Shown here piece by piece: positions 9,922 through 20,651 of a DNA stretch of 64,000 nucleotides (position 1 is its first letter; each line of letters opens with the position of its first letter). The DNA comes from Candidatus Cloacimonadales bacterium. GTDB taxonomy: Bacteria; Cloacimonadota; Cloacimonadia; Cloacimonadales; JAFGVF01. A program made the position numbers and the translations under genes. The stretch is from contig OY762964.1 of NCBI GenBank assembly GCA_963667035.1, positions 1,376,001 through 1,440,000 of the forward strand, in the 5' to 3' direction. Under the pieces are notes generated by a model. That model had not been told where the DNA came from. It ran no database searches and saw nothing but the letters and a program-made list of their open reading frames with translations.

Positions 9922-10380
9922 ATGAAACTAGCAACTTTATGTTATATAAGAGAGTCTGACAAAACTCTAATGTTGCACAGAATAAAGAAAGAAAATGATA
10001 TTCATAAAGACAAATGGAATGGATTGGGAGGAAAACTTGAGCAAGGAGAATCCCCTGAGGAATGCCTAATCAGAGAGGTGAAAGAAGAAAGTGGTTTAGA
10101 TGTGATTGATTACAGACTTGCAGGATTTCTAACTTTTCCTCTTTTTGATGGTAAACATGACTGGTACGTTTATCTTTACGAAGTAAACAAAGTAACCGGG
10201 ACTATCATAGACTCTCCCGAAGGTAAGCTAGAGTGGATAAATAATGAAGATCTTTTCGATTTACCTCTATGGGAAGGAGATCACAAATTCATTAAATGGA
10301 TGTTCGAAGGTAGATTCTTCTCTGCCAAGTTTATCTATAAAAATTCAATCTTAATAGATAGTTCAGTTAAATTCTATTGA
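9922..10380 (+). CDS. NUDIX hydrolase, 8-oxo-dGTP diphosphatase (MutX/MTH1-like)
   Basis: KWNGLGGKLEQGESPEECLIREVKEESGL Nudix box; ATG at 9922 follows AGGAG. Confidence 0.9.
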   Translation: MKLATLCYIRESDKTLMLHRIKKENDIHKDKWNGLGGKLEQGESPEECLIREVKEESGLDVIDYRLAGFLTFPLFDGKHDWYVYLYEVNKVTGTIIDSPEGKLEWINNEDLFDLPLWEGDHKFIKWMFEGRFFSAKFIYKNSILIDSSVKFY

Positions 10381-13300
10381 TTATGAAGAAAATCCTTTTT
10401 GCAATACTATTAGTTACTTGTTTAAACTATTTAAACAGCATTACTTATAATTCTTTGCTAAAGAAACAAGAAACTATTATATGCAATGGAATTGATACTG
10501 AGTTCCAACTCACCTATTACCCTATTATAACTAATACCTTAAAAATTTCAGGGATTTCGGATACTTTACTACTGAATGTCGACAATAAAAATGGTACTAT
10601 AACATTTCATAACCCTCCTGACGTTACTCTTTCTGTTGAGTATTCTGTTTATCCGAAAGGTATTACTGACAGTTTTTATTACTTTAAACAGATAGTCCTC
10701 TCCGACTCAGTTGATGTTAAGAATGTTAAGCTTAATAGAACAAGCTTTAACAGTAACAGTAACTTAATGGTTTCAGGTTCTAAAACATTCTCAATCTCTG
10801 TAGCTAGAGATCAAGGAGTTGACTTAGATCAATCACTTTTCTTAAGAATTAGTGGTGAACTAAGCAACAACATTAACATTGAAGCACAACTATCTGATAG
10901 TGAATCACCTATATCACCGGAAGGTAATTCTAAAGAGCTGAGTAATCTTGATGAAATATACATCAGAATCTACGGTAAGCAATATGAACTGGCTTTTGGT
11001 GATTTGGAATCTAAGTTTTCCGGTACTAAGTTTATCAATTACTCAACCAAATTCGAAGGACTTAAAGCCAATTATAATTCCGGTATAAAAGTTGGTGGAG
11101 CTTTAGCTGTAACCAAAGCAAAGAATGCAGAGAATGAATTTAATTGTATTGATGGCAAACAAGGACCATACTATCTTTCAATAAATGATAATCCTTACAA
11201 TCTTTTGATTATTCCTGGAACAGAAAATGTATTTATCAACGGAATTCAAGCTTCAAGAGGAAGTGATTATACAATTGATTATTCTGACGGTTCAATAACT
11301 TTCATTAAAATTGTTAACTCGAACACGTCAATAAGAGTAAATTATCAATATTCAAATGAACGCTATAATCAGAATCTTTATCTTGCTGAAGCAGGAACAA
11401 AACTTTTTGATAGACTATATTTTAACACATATTTGATATCCAAATCAGACAATAGAAATCAACCCATTGATACAGAGTTTAATATATTAGAGAAAGATGC
11501 TTTATCATTTGCCGGAGATAATGAAGTGTTTATTGATGGAGTTATTGGTCCATTGGAACCGGGAACCGGACAGTATATTCTTTCTGATAACGAACAATAC
11601 TATGTTTACTCAGATAGTCTGGGGGTATATAATATCAGTTTCACTTATATGGGTACAGGACAAGGAAACTATTCCGAAATTAGTCCCTCCGTGTTTGAAT
11701 ACAGAGGACAAGGAGAAGGTGAATGGCTACCGATAAAACAGCTTTATGCACCGGAACAACAAACAAATGTAGATTTATCTTTGAAATATGAATATAATTG
11801 GTTTAAGACAAAAGCTGAAGCTATTTTCTCACACTTCGACCAAAATACCTTTAGCTCTATGGATGATAGTGACAATGACAGTTGGTCTACTTATGGAGAG
11901 ATTTCTTTAAAACCTGACTGGGATAAGTTTAATCCTTTTCTAACCTTCTCAGTAACTGTGTTAGAAAAAGAGAGAAAACTTTTTGCCGACATCAAGAATG
12001 CTAATGACAGCAATAGCCTTATCTATCTCCCATCAACTGATACAACCTCTGTTGAAGAATACAACTTATCAACAGGTACAGAGATATATAAAAAGTTTGC
12101 ACTTGATATCAATTTAAAGAAAAAAGATAGTAAGTCACTCTTCAAACAAGACTATATGAAATTCAACACAAAATTAATGCAGTTATCAAAGTATACCCCA
12201 TCTGTTAACTACTCACTTTTATTAACTGATGAAGAGTACTATGACTACCTCTACTCGAATTCAAATACAGAACAACATGATTTGCTTCTTAACTACAATG
12301 TCAGTAAACTTAACCTAAATGGAGCTTTTGCTCAATACATAATAGAACAGACTCCTGAAGTAATCGATATCCCTTTCGGAACAAAGTATACTAGCTATAT
12401 TTCGGGATTAGCATTAAACGAAATTAAGTATTATCAAGGAAACATAAGTTATAGAATAGAACAAAATGATACTCTAACAGTTCAAGATGATTGGGCTATA
12501 GTTAAAGAAACAAAGACAATATCTACTGAGCATAGTATTAACAGCAATAATGTCCATTTGAATTTATTCTATAATCATAGTAGTATAAAGAATACTTCGT
12601 TACACACTAAGCAGAATATAGATTTAATGAAACTAACAAGTATTACAGGATTAATTAATAATGCTATCAGTTTTACAGGTAACTATGAAGTAAACAATCT
12701 GGAGTTTTATCCACAAGTAAGAAAGCTTGTTTACGTTGGAAAAGAGGAAGGTGCTTACGATGAAAACGGTGAGTTTGAGGAAGAACTTCTCTATGATTAT
12801 GAATATATTAACTCAGGAGATTCCGAATTATCTATAGAACTAAACACTGATGCAAATCTATTTCTAGATTTTAAATCTATCTTTAAAGATAACATTATAA
12901 GTAAAGTGCAATCTGAATCATACATACAAGTTACCGAGAATTCAAGATCAAAGAATAGATGGGAAGTTTATCTTTTGAAACCATCAACAACCTTTAATGA
13001 CTCTACTTCTATATATTCAAATAGATTGTTAAGACAAACATTGTGGATCGATGTAATCCCCAGAAAATGCTTTACTATATTCGCATATGAGTCTAATAAA
13101 ACACTTGATAACAGATATCTTAGTGAATATGATGATGCAACTAGGATTAAAGAAAATGTGTATGATAGCTCTGTAAGATTATTAGATATAATCAGTCTTG
13201 ATTGGGATTTTGGTTATAGAAATACGTTAACGGAAGATTCAAAATATAGGTCAAAAGTCACACAAAATGCTATATCTCTTGATATTGAAAGAAAATTGTC

Positions 13301-13652
13301 CACCAAACTTATTCTTAGCAATGAGTTGTCCTATCAAATAGAGAAAGGTGGAAAGCAGACCGGAGATGATTCTTATGAGATAGTTTCATATTCAACAAGA
13401 CCTTCAATATCATGGTATTATAAGAGGATTAGAGTTAACAGTTTCTTGAATGTTATTTCCAATTCCCGTAGTGGATCTACTTTCTTAACCAACTATTCGG
13501 GTAAAAGAGACGGAACTATTAGTAATTGGGCTATGAAAATTTACTACAAGTTTAATAAGTATACTTCAGTAAATCTAGACTACACAGGAAACAAGTATCC
13601 AGATGACCCGACTGAGCATAAGCTTACTCTTGAAGTTAAGGCGGAATTTTAA
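10377..13652 (+). CDS. large secreted/outer-membrane beta-rich protein with SprA-like segments
   Basis: Signal peptide, beta-rich composition, GSDYTIDYSDGSITF segment, C-terminal LEVKAEF. Confidence 0.65.
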   Translation: MIMKKILFAILLVTCLNYLNSITYNSLLKKQETIICNGIDTEFQLTYYPIITNTLKISGISDTLLLNVDNKNGTITFHNPPDVTLSVEYSVYPKGITDSFYYFKQIVLSDSVDVKNVKLNRTSFNSNSNLMVSGSKTFSISVARDQGVDLDQSLFLRISGELSNNINIEAQLSDSESPISPEGNSKELSNLDEIYIRIYGKQYELAFGDLESKFSGTKFINYSTKFEGLKANYNSGIKVGGALAVTKAKNAENEFNCIDGKQGPYYLSINDNPYNLLIIPGTENVFINGIQASRGSDYTIDYSDGSITFIKIVNSNTSIRVNYQYSNERYNQNLYLAEAGTKLFDRLYFNTYLISKSDNRNQPIDTEFNILEKDALSFAGDNEVFIDGVIGPLEPGTGQYILSDNEQYYVYSDSLGVYNISFTYMGTGQGNYSEISPSVFEYRGQGEGEWLPIKQLYAPEQQTNVDLSLKYEYNWFKTKAEAIFSHFDQNTFSSMDDSDNDSWSTYGEISLKPDWDKFNPFLTFSVTVLEKERKLFADIKNANDSNSLIYLPSTDTTSVEEYNLSTGTEIYKKFALDINLKKKDSKSLFKQDYMKFNTKLMQLSKYTPSVNYSLLLTDEEYYDYLYSNSNTEQHDLLLNYNVSKLNLNGAFAQYIIEQTPEVIDIPFGTKYTSYISGLALNEIKYYQGNISYRIEQNDTLTVQDDWAIVKETKTISTEHSINSNNVHLNLFYNHSSIKNTSLHTKQNIDLMKLTSITGLINNAISFTGNYEVNNLEFYPQVRKLVYVGKEEGAYDENGEFEEELLYDYEYINSGDSELSIELNTDANLFLDFKSIFKDNIISKVQSESYIQVTENSRSKNRWEVYLLKPSTTFNDSTSIYSNRLLRQTLWIDVIPRKCFTIFAYESNKTLDNRYLSEYDDATRIKENVYDSSVRLLDIISLDWDFGYRNTLTEDSKYRSKVTQNAISLDIERKLSTKLILSNELSYQIEKGGKQTGDDSYEIVSYSTRPSISWYYKRIRVNSFLNVISNSRSGSTFLTNYSGKRDGTISNWAMKIYYKFNKYTSVNLDYTGNKYPDDPTEHKLTLEVKAEF

Positions 13653-13654
13653 CC

Positions 13655-14425
13655 ATGGAAATTGATATATTTACTTACCTTATTATATTACCAATGATTT
13701 TTCTAGCAGGTTTGCTTGATTCGATAGCCGGTGGCGGAGGCTTAATCTCTGTCCCTGCATATTTAGCTGCAGGACTTCCTCCTCACTATGCACTTGGAAA
13801 CAATAAGTTCTCATCTAGTAGTGGAACAATCTTCTCTACAATAAGATATTTTAAGCACGGAATGATAGATTTACCAATAGCTATATGTAGTTCATCTTTT
13901 GCATTAATAGGCTCTTTTCTAGGAACAAAAACTGTTCTTTGGCTTAATCCATACTTCTTATACTATATACTACTAGTATTGATTCCAATTATGACGGTTG
14001 TTACAATTTATAAGAAAGATATTGGAAAGAATAATCAATCACACTCAATCACCCGTTGTCGTAAAATGTTGATTGGTAGTATTGCAGGATTAGTGATTGG
14101 ATTCTATGATGGATTCTTCGGACCCGGAACTGGAGCTTTCTTGATAATGATTTATACTATAGCTCTTAAGTATGACTTTATAATTGCAAATGGTAATACA
14201 AAAGTAGTCAATCTAGCATCGAACTTGGCAGCTCTTATAACCTTCCTTTTAAATGGGAAAGTCATATTTGCTATAGCTATCCCTACCGCAATATTTGGTA
14301 TTGCTGGGAATTTAGCAGGCTCTCATATGGTTGTTAAGAAAGGGAACAAGATTATTCGTCCCGTATTTATAATAGCTTTGAGCATTCTGCTTGTAAAAAT
14401 AATCTATGATTTAATAATAAATTAA
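13655..14425 (+). CDS. TSUP (TauE/SafE) family transporter
   Basis: DSIAGGGGLISVP, ALGNNKFSS, GFYDGFFGPGTG; multiple TM helices. Confidence 0.92.
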   Translation: MEIDIFTYLIILPMIFLAGLLDSIAGGGGLISVPAYLAAGLPPHYALGNNKFSSSSGTIFSTIRYFKHGMIDLPIAICSSSFALIGSFLGTKTVLWLNPYFLYYILLVLIPIMTVVTIYKKDIGKNNQSHSITRCRKMLIGSIAGLVIGFYDGFFGPGTGAFLIMIYTIALKYDFIIANGNTKVVNLASNLAALITFLLNGKVIFAIAIPTAIFGIAGNLAGSHMVVKKGNKIIRPVFIIALSILLVKIIYDLIIN

Positions 14426-14439
14426 TTGCATTATATTGA

Positions 14440-14476
14440 AAATCATGACCACCAGCTAAGCTGGTGGTCATGATTT
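14440..14476. terminator. perfect 17-bp-stem palindrome between convergent genes; probable bidirectional terminator, related to IS200-like ends
   Basis: AAATCATGACCACCAGC-TAA-GCTGGTGGTCATGATTT. Confidence 0.75.
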
Positions 14477-14488
14477 CTCGCTTAATAA

Positions 14489-15769
14489 TTATTCGATACA
14501 CTCCATAACATCAATATATAGAAGTGCGTTAAACAGTTTACTAATCTTAACTCCACATGGTTCATTATGACAATCAACCGAAGTTAATATAAAATCGGAA
14601 TCTAATCCTTGAAGCTTTAAAAATCCGTATTGCAAATTCCTATCATGAATAATACTTTCAAGAGAGCCTTGTTCTGACATAATGGCTTCTCTTATATCAA
14701 AGTTACCTTGAAAAGCCATGGGATTGTATTCTCCCGAATAAGAAATTGTACCTATAGAATAGACATCCTCCCCATACTCTTTATACAACCTCTCACCCAT
14801 CAACTCTCCTACCCAAGAGAATGTATCTCCATCATCAACAAACTCCTGAACCGTTTCCGGAGAATAGCAATCCTTATAATCCTTAACAATATGCTGATTA
14901 TGTGCCCAGATGATTATCTTTTCATTAGGGAACTTGTTTTCAAGTAACCACTTAACATTATCTGCCATCATGTTATCTCTAATAATTAGTTGCTTGTCCC
15001 ATTCCTCTGTCATAGTAACTTTAATGTTTGAGATAAGATTGTTAAGTTCCTGTTTGAAGAATCCTTTAGCATTATTATCATTAGCAATCTCTTCAAGTAA
15101 TGTCTTAGTAGTATTTAAATCCGAATAAAAAGTTGGTCTATTCTCTATCTCTCCAGATTCAAAACTTCTTACAGTATCTAGTAAGTTAGTATCATTTACT
15201 CTACCCTTGAATTTATCAGGAATACTGTCCTGAATGAATTTGATATACTGTTCTAAGGCCGCAGGAGATTTAAAGAGATGCTTATTATCAAAACCAGTTA
15301 TGGTTATTGGCCTATCCTTTTGTGATTGTATGTAATCATAGAAGGGGTGGATGTTTTTACCATAGCGCCAGAATATAAATAAGCTGTTCTTTAAAGCCTC
15401 AAAATCATTATCCTCAGAGGCATATCCTTCTGATAATGTATTGCATTCGTAAAAATCAGATTCAAAAGCTAACACATTAAAATCCATATTCTCATGCAGA
15501 TACTTCACTATCTTAGCTTTTAACAGAAAAGTTGTTCCGTCTCCATGATCCTGTTCTCCCAGTAAAACTATACGAGAGTCACGTATAGTATCTTTTAAAA
15601 AAGACATATCATTCATATCTTGAGATAAATCTAATGAATTGATTGGTATAAGATTATCATACACTAGTTGCTTTGATTTCATAGTATTGTCCTTTTGAAT
15701 TGAGTATAATCCCATTATAAACAGAATATGTAATATTATTAGGAAATCTCTTTTATTAAAACAATTCAT
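14489..15769 (-). CDS. erythromycin esterase family protein
   Basis: IVLLGEQDHGD, YLHENMDFNVLAFES, RDNMMADNV, KIIIWAHNQHI. Confidence 0.85.
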   Translation of the reverse strand: MNCFNKRDFLIILHILFIMGLYSIQKDNTMKSKQLVYDNLIPINSLDLSQDMNDMSFLKDTIRDSRIVLLGEQDHGDGTTFLLKAKIVKYLHENMDFNVLAFESDFYECNTLSEGYASEDNDFEALKNSLFIFWRYGKNIHPFYDYIQSQKDRPITITGFDNKHLFKSPAALEQYIKFIQDSIPDKFKGRVNDTNLLDTVRSFESGEIENRPTFYSDLNTTKTLLEEIANDNNAKGFFKQELNNLISNIKVTMTEEWDKQLIIRDNMMADNVKWLLENKFPNEKIIIWAHNQHIVKDYKDCYSPETVQEFVDDGDTFSWVGELMGERLYKEYGEDVYSIGTISYSGEYNPMAFQGNFDIREAIMSEQGSLESIIHDRNLQYGFLKLQGLDSDFILTSVDCHNEPCGVKISKLFNALLYIDVMECIE

Positions 15770-15935
15770 ACTCGCCCACCTTTAGAAATAATGGTCTAGA
15801 TAAATCGATAAACAATAAATGAGTCAAGTAAAATTGCAAAATAGTTAACATAAGAAGAAAAACTAAGCATAAACAATCCTTCTTGACAATAACCAATATA
15901 GATAAATTGTTATAAAAATAACAATCGGAGCTTAA

Positions 15936-17498
15936 TTGAGTAAGAATAGATTAGCTAAAAATATTAGTATAATGTCAGTTTCTGTTTTCTTAAGTAGGAT
16001 CCTTGGATTAATAAGAGATCAGGTGATGGCATATTTCTTTGGTACAACCTTTTACAATGATGCATTTAATGCTGCCTTTAACCTGCCTAATCTCCTAAGG
16101 AGACTATTTGGAGAGGGTGCATTATCTGCGGCATTTGTTCCAATCTATAATGAAATAGGTGTAAAAAAAAGTAAGAAAGAGCAATACAATTTCGCTTTAA
16201 ATGTGATGAGCTTGTTATCGGCATTCTTGTTAATACTAACAGGGTTAGGAGTACTATTAGCGCCTTATTTAATCAAGCTGTTCTTTCCTGGATTTGATGC
16301 AGGGACATCTGAGCTGACTGTAAGCTTGACCAGAATTCTGTTTCCTTATCTGTTTTGTATTGGGCTTTCCTCAACAATGATTGCAATTCTTAATTCTCAT
16401 GATAAGTTCTTCATGACAGGTTTATCATCCGGATTACTTAATATAGGATGGATGGCTTTCCTTATCATTCCTAGGCTCATGGGAATTGAATCAAATTATT
16501 TGTTGGTGCATTACGCTTCTTATGGTGTATTAGTTGGTGGAGTACTACAAATACTGATTAACATACCATTTTTAATAAAACTTGGTTATCATTTTAAGTT
16601 AAGCTTGAAGATTACCGGAGAAGCCATATCAGCTTTATGGAGAAGATTTATTCCCGGAGTAATTGGTATCGGGGTAAGACAACTGAATCTTATAGCCGAT
16701 AATCTTATGGCATCATTCCTTCAAACTGGTAGTATTACGGCTCTTATGTATGGTAACAGATTAATGCAACTTCCCCTAGGAATCTTCGGGATTGCGACAA
16801 GTACCGCCGTTTTGCCTATGTTTTCAAGGTATGTTGTTGAAGAGAAATGGAAAGAATTATCCGATAGTTTAAGATTTGCTATTTTGTCTTTAGCCAACAT
16901 CATGATTCCGATTGCTGTACTTCTTATAGGTCTGGGAGAAGACATCATAACTGTTCTTTTTAAAAGAGGTGAGTTTGATACTCAAGCGGTAAGTATGACC
17001 TATTTTGCTTTGATGTTTTACAGCATAGGACTACTTTTCTTTAGTATTAATCAAACATTGATTCCACTTTTTTATGCTAATAAAGACACAAAAACTCCTG
17101 TTATTCTTGCTTCCTTTATGGTAGTATTGAACATATCATTGAACTATGTTCTAATGCAATTCATGGGACATGGTGGTCTTGCATTATCTACAACTGTTAC
17201 AGCAATTGTAAATTGCACTATTCTATTGCTACTTATAAAAAAACGTTATAAATTTATCAAATTCTCAGGAATAGCACTAAATATAATCAAAGCTCTCGGA
17301 CTTTCAGGACTGCTATTTGTTTTAGTTAACTTTCTGACTAGTTTGTACAATCCTCAATCAATATGGTTACTTTTTGCTAAAGTAGGTGCTATTTCTATTG
17401 TTACAGTAGCTCTTTACATAACACTTGCAACTTTAATGAAAATTGATTACGCTGATTATGCGGTTAAAAGATTATGGCAAAGATTTCGGAAGAATTAA
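15936..17498 (+). CDS. murJ: lipid II flippase
   Basis: SRILGLIRD, AFNLPNLLRRLFGEGALSAAFVP, RLMQLPLGIFG; many TM helices. Confidence 0.96.
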   Translation: MSKNRLAKNISIMSVSVFLSRILGLIRDQVMAYFFGTTFYNDAFNAAFNLPNLLRRLFGEGALSAAFVPIYNEIGVKKSKKEQYNFALNVMSLLSAFLLILTGLGVLLAPYLIKLFFPGFDAGTSELTVSLTRILFPYLFCIGLSSTMIAILNSHDKFFMTGLSSGLLNIGWMAFLIIPRLMGIESNYLLVHYASYGVLVGGVLQILINIPFLIKLGYHFKLSLKITGEAISALWRRFIPGVIGIGVRQLNLIADNLMASFLQTGSITALMYGNRLMQLPLGIFGIATSTAVLPMFSRYVVEEKWKELSDSLRFAILSLANIMIPIAVLLIGLGEDIITVLFKRGEFDTQAVSMTYFALMFYSIGLLFFSINQTLIPLFYANKDTKTPVILASFMVVLNISLNYVLMQFMGHGGLALSTTVTAIVNCTILLLLIKKRYKFIKFSGIALNIIKALGLSGLLFVLVNFLTSLYNPQSIWLLFAKVGAISIVTVALYITLATLMKIDYADYAVKRLWQRFRKN

Positions 17499-19288
17499 AA
17501 ACTAAACTTCGTTTACTGCCAACAAAACCCGGGTGTTATCTTTGGAAAAACGACAAGGGTAAGATAATATATGTAGGAAAGGCAGTAAATCTTAAGAATA
17601 GGGTTATGTCCTATGTAAGCGGTAAACCTTCAGATAGTAAGACTGCCAGACTAGTATCAAAAATAGCGGATTTAGATTATATCATAACCAATACTGAAAC
17701 CGAAGCATTAGAATTAGAAGCTAATCTTATCAAACAGCATCGTCCACGCTATAACATCTTACTGAAAGATGATAAGCGTTATCCTTTCATCAAAGTTACT
17801 ACAAAAGAGCCATTCCCTAGAGTCTTTGTAACAAGAGATTATGTTAAGGACGGTAATAAATACTTCGGTCCTCACACCAATGCAGGAGCTGTTAGGAAGA
17901 CAATGCGTTTAATGGAATGGATCTTCCCAATCAGAAGATGTCAGCGACTCATTCCAGCTGATAAGATTGTATTTACCAAAGCCTGTATTAATTACCAATT
18001 AGGCACATGTACAGCACCATGTATTGGGAAAATTGGTGTTGAAGAATATAGACATATTGTTGAACAAATGATGAGATTCCTTAAAGGAAAGCATAATGCA
18101 ATAATTGATGAGCTAAAATGTGAGATGCAAGAACAAGCCGATAAAATGGAATTCGAAAAGGCCGCCTTAACAAGAGATAAGATCGAAGCACTACAAAAAG
18201 TTCAATCTAATCGTACTATGTTCTTAACAGACTTTAAAGATAGAGATATTATTGCGTTAGCTAAAGAAGAAGATATTGCGGCAGTTGTTGTAATAAAAAT
18301 GGTTGAGGGTAAAGTTCTCCATAAAGAAACCTATCCTTTAACTCAAGTAAAAGAATCAACTGAAGCCGAAATTCTGTCATTCTTCTTGCAATCATACTAT
18401 GCCCAAGTAGATGATTTACCGCATAGTATATTGCTTCAGTTAGAGCCCACAGATATGAAGATTTTGAATGATTGGCTAGGAAACAGACTTACTCTCCCTC
18501 AAAGAGGTGAAAAAGCTCAGCTTATTAATGTTGCAAAACTCAATGCTTTTAACTTCGTTGAAGAACAGAAACTCGCTCATCTTAGAAAAGCAACAAGAAC
18601 TATTATACCAATTCAGGAATTGAAAGAATTATTGGATTTACCCAAACTACCTAGGAAAATTGTTTGTATGGATATTTCTACAATTCAAGGAAGTGATACG
18701 GTTTCGTCAGCAGTATTCTTTGAGAATGGTAAACCTAAAAAGAATCTCTATCGTAAGTATATTATTAAAACTGTAGAGGGACAAGATGACTTTGCCTCTA
18801 TGGCGGAGACACTGGAGCGATTTCTCAAAGAGACAAATGAAAATGAGCCGTTGAAACCGGATTTGATTGTAATTGACGGTGGAAAAGGACAGTTAAATAA
18901 AGCCTTTAATCAGTTAAAGAAGCAATCTGACGGTTCTATAAGTATGATATCATTAGCAAAAAGAATTGAGGAAGTATTCGTTGCAGGGCATAAGACTTCA
19001 ATATTACTTCCCAGGTCTTCGGGAGCTTTGAGAGTATTAGTTGATGTAAGGGATGAAGCCCATCGGTTTGCTATTACTTTCCACAGACAAAGAAGAAGTA
19101 AACGGACGATAAAATCTGAATTAGACAATATTAAGGGTGTAGGAGAAAAAACTAAGTTTCTTCTGCTAAAAGAATTTGGTTCTGTTGATGGAATAAAACA
19201 TGCAAAAGTAGGAGAATTGACAGAGATAAAAGGTATCAGTTTAAAACTTGCTTCTGAGATAATAAAGTATTTCAAAGTTAAGAAATAA
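17474..19288 (+). CDS. uvrC: excinuclease ABC subunit C
   Basis: GIY-YIG N-terminus (PGCYL..IYVGKAVNLKNRV), UVR domain, DISTIQG, IDGGKGQL, RDEAHRFA, HhH tail. Confidence 0.97.
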   Translation: MAKISEELKTKLRLLPTKPGCYLWKNDKGKIIYVGKAVNLKNRVMSYVSGKPSDSKTARLVSKIADLDYIITNTETEALELEANLIKQHRPRYNILLKDDKRYPFIKVTTKEPFPRVFVTRDYVKDGNKYFGPHTNAGAVRKTMRLMEWIFPIRRCQRLIPADKIVFTKACINYQLGTCTAPCIGKIGVEEYRHIVEQMMRFLKGKHNAIIDELKCEMQEQADKMEFEKAALTRDKIEALQKVQSNRTMFLTDFKDRDIIALAKEEDIAAVVVIKMVEGKVLHKETYPLTQVKESTEAEILSFFLQSYYAQVDDLPHSILLQLEPTDMKILNDWLGNRLTLPQRGEKAQLINVAKLNAFNFVEEQKLAHLRKATRTIIPIQELKELLDLPKLPRKIVCMDISTIQGSDTVSSAVFFENGKPKKNLYRKYIIKTVEGQDDFASMAETLERFLKETNENEPLKPDLIVIDGGKGQLNKAFNQLKKQSDGSISMISLAKRIEEVFVAGHKTSILLPRSSGALRVLVDVRDEAHRFAITFHRQRRSKRTIKSELDNIKGVGEKTKFLLLKEFGSVDGIKHAKVGELTEIKGISLKLASEIIKYFKVKK

Positions 19289-19329
19289 TTAGTGATATTA
19301 TACTAATCAGAAGATAATAGGAGGATTAT

Positions 19330-19575
19330 ATGGAAACAAAGAACTTGAATAGACTCGCAATTAGTGATAATGGATTTATTTTTGATCCTTCCACAGGAAT
19401 ATCTTATAACTGTAATTTAATGGCTTTAACAATAATTAATCTTTTGAAAGCGGGATTGAGCGAAGAAGAGATTGAAACAAAAATATATTCTGAGTTTGAA
19501 GTCACTCAGGAAAACCTAAATAGAGATGTTGCTTATTTTGTTAATCAATTGAAGAACTTACATCTGGTAAAGTAA
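19330..19575 (+). CDS. stand-alone PqqD-family protein / RiPP recognition element (RRE)
   Basis: 81 aa; three short strands (GFIFDPSTGISYNCN) then helices (IINLLKAG..EEIETKIYSEFEV...RDVAYFVNQLKNLHLV); strong AGGAGG RBS. Confidence 0.85.
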   Translation: METKNLNRLAISDNGFIFDPSTGISYNCNLMALTIINLLKAGLSEEEIETKIYSEFEVTQENLNRDVAYFVNQLKNLHLVK

Positions 19576-19576
19576 T

Positions 19577-20650
19577 ATGCAAATAGATTTAAGCAATTTA
19601 GAGATAACAGTAGCAGTTACGGGATTAAGGACCGGAGATAATCCTCAACCCGGAACACCTGTTATAAGATGTCTTCGTGATGCAGGATTTAAAGGTAAGA
19701 TTGTTGCACTTGTTTATGATGCTTTAGAAGCAGGCATCTATGTTCAAGATTTAGCTGATGAAATTTATTTAATGCCGTTTCCTTCCGGTGGTTCGGAAAT
19801 ATTCCTAAAAAGATTGGACTATATACTTAGTCAGACAAGTATAGATGTTATCATCCCCACACTTGATTCAGAGATTATTAACTATATAAGACTTCAAGAT
19901 AAACTGAATGAACGTGGTATTAAATTTTACTTACCAACAGAGGAACAATTCCTTTCAAGAGATAAAACAAGACTCAACAGAGAGTTTGAAAACCTTGGAA
20001 TTAAAGTACCCAAGACTATCTTCTGTAGCGACGCAAAAGAGTTATACAATATTGTTACAACAATTACTTTTCCATTCTTTGTTAAAGGAAGACTATACGA
20101 GGCTTATGAGGTATTCACTATTGATGAAGCCTTTGATGTATTCGCAAAACTCAAAGCTAAATGGGGTCTTCCGGTTATAGTACAAGAGAAAGTCGTTGGG
20201 GATGAGTTTAATGTTTCCATAGTAGGTGATGGTGAAGGTGGTGTTCTTGGAATGATTCCACAGAGAAAGCTTATTATAACTGATAAAGGTAAAGGCTTTG
20301 GAGGAGTTGTTGTTGAGAATAAAGAGTTAACTGAGTTTACTGATAAAGTCATATCTACACTTAAATGGAGAGGCCCGGCTGAACTTGAAGTAATACAAAA
20401 CGGAGCAGGTGAGATTTTCATTATTGAGATTAATCCAAGATTTCCTGCCTGGATAAGACTATCTTCTGGTGCTGGACAAAACTTACCGGCTATATGTCTA
20501 CTCAAAGCTCTTGGAGAGAAAGTCGAACCTATCAAAGAGTATAAAAGCGGAACAATATTTATTAGGCATTCTGAAGATATAATCTCTTCAATTGATAAAT
20601 ACGGAACTATCTCCAGTTTAGGAGAATTACACTATAACAAGGATAATTAA
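19577..20650 (+). CDS. ATP-grasp domain ligase
   Basis: ADEIYLMP, IDVIIPTLDSE, DK..L, FPFFVKG, VIVQEKVVGDEF, IEINPRFPAW. Confidence 0.88.
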   Translation: MQIDLSNLEITVAVTGLRTGDNPQPGTPVIRCLRDAGFKGKIVALVYDALEAGIYVQDLADEIYLMPFPSGGSEIFLKRLDYILSQTSIDVIIPTLDSEIINYIRLQDKLNERGIKFYLPTEEQFLSRDKTRLNREFENLGIKVPKTIFCSDAKELYNIVTTITFPFFVKGRLYEAYEVFTIDEAFDVFAKLKAKWGLPVIVQEKVVGDEFNVSIVGDGEGGVLGMIPQRKLIITDKGKGFGGVVVENKELTEFTDKVISTLKWRGPAELEVIQNGAGEIFIIEINPRFPAWIRLSSGAGQNLPAICLLKALGEKVEPIKEYKSGTIFIRHSEDIISSIDKYGTISSLGELHYNKDN

Positions 20651-20651
20651 A

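Noticed and set aside
14489..15769. Bona fide macrolide resistance gene
   Set aside because: Only family-level motifs; many members of this family are not resistance enzymes
19330..19575. PQQ, lasso-peptide or radical-SAM RiPP cluster
   Set aside because: No pqqA/B/C/E, no asparagine-synthetase-like cyclase, no SPASM radical SAM and no precursor ORF nearby
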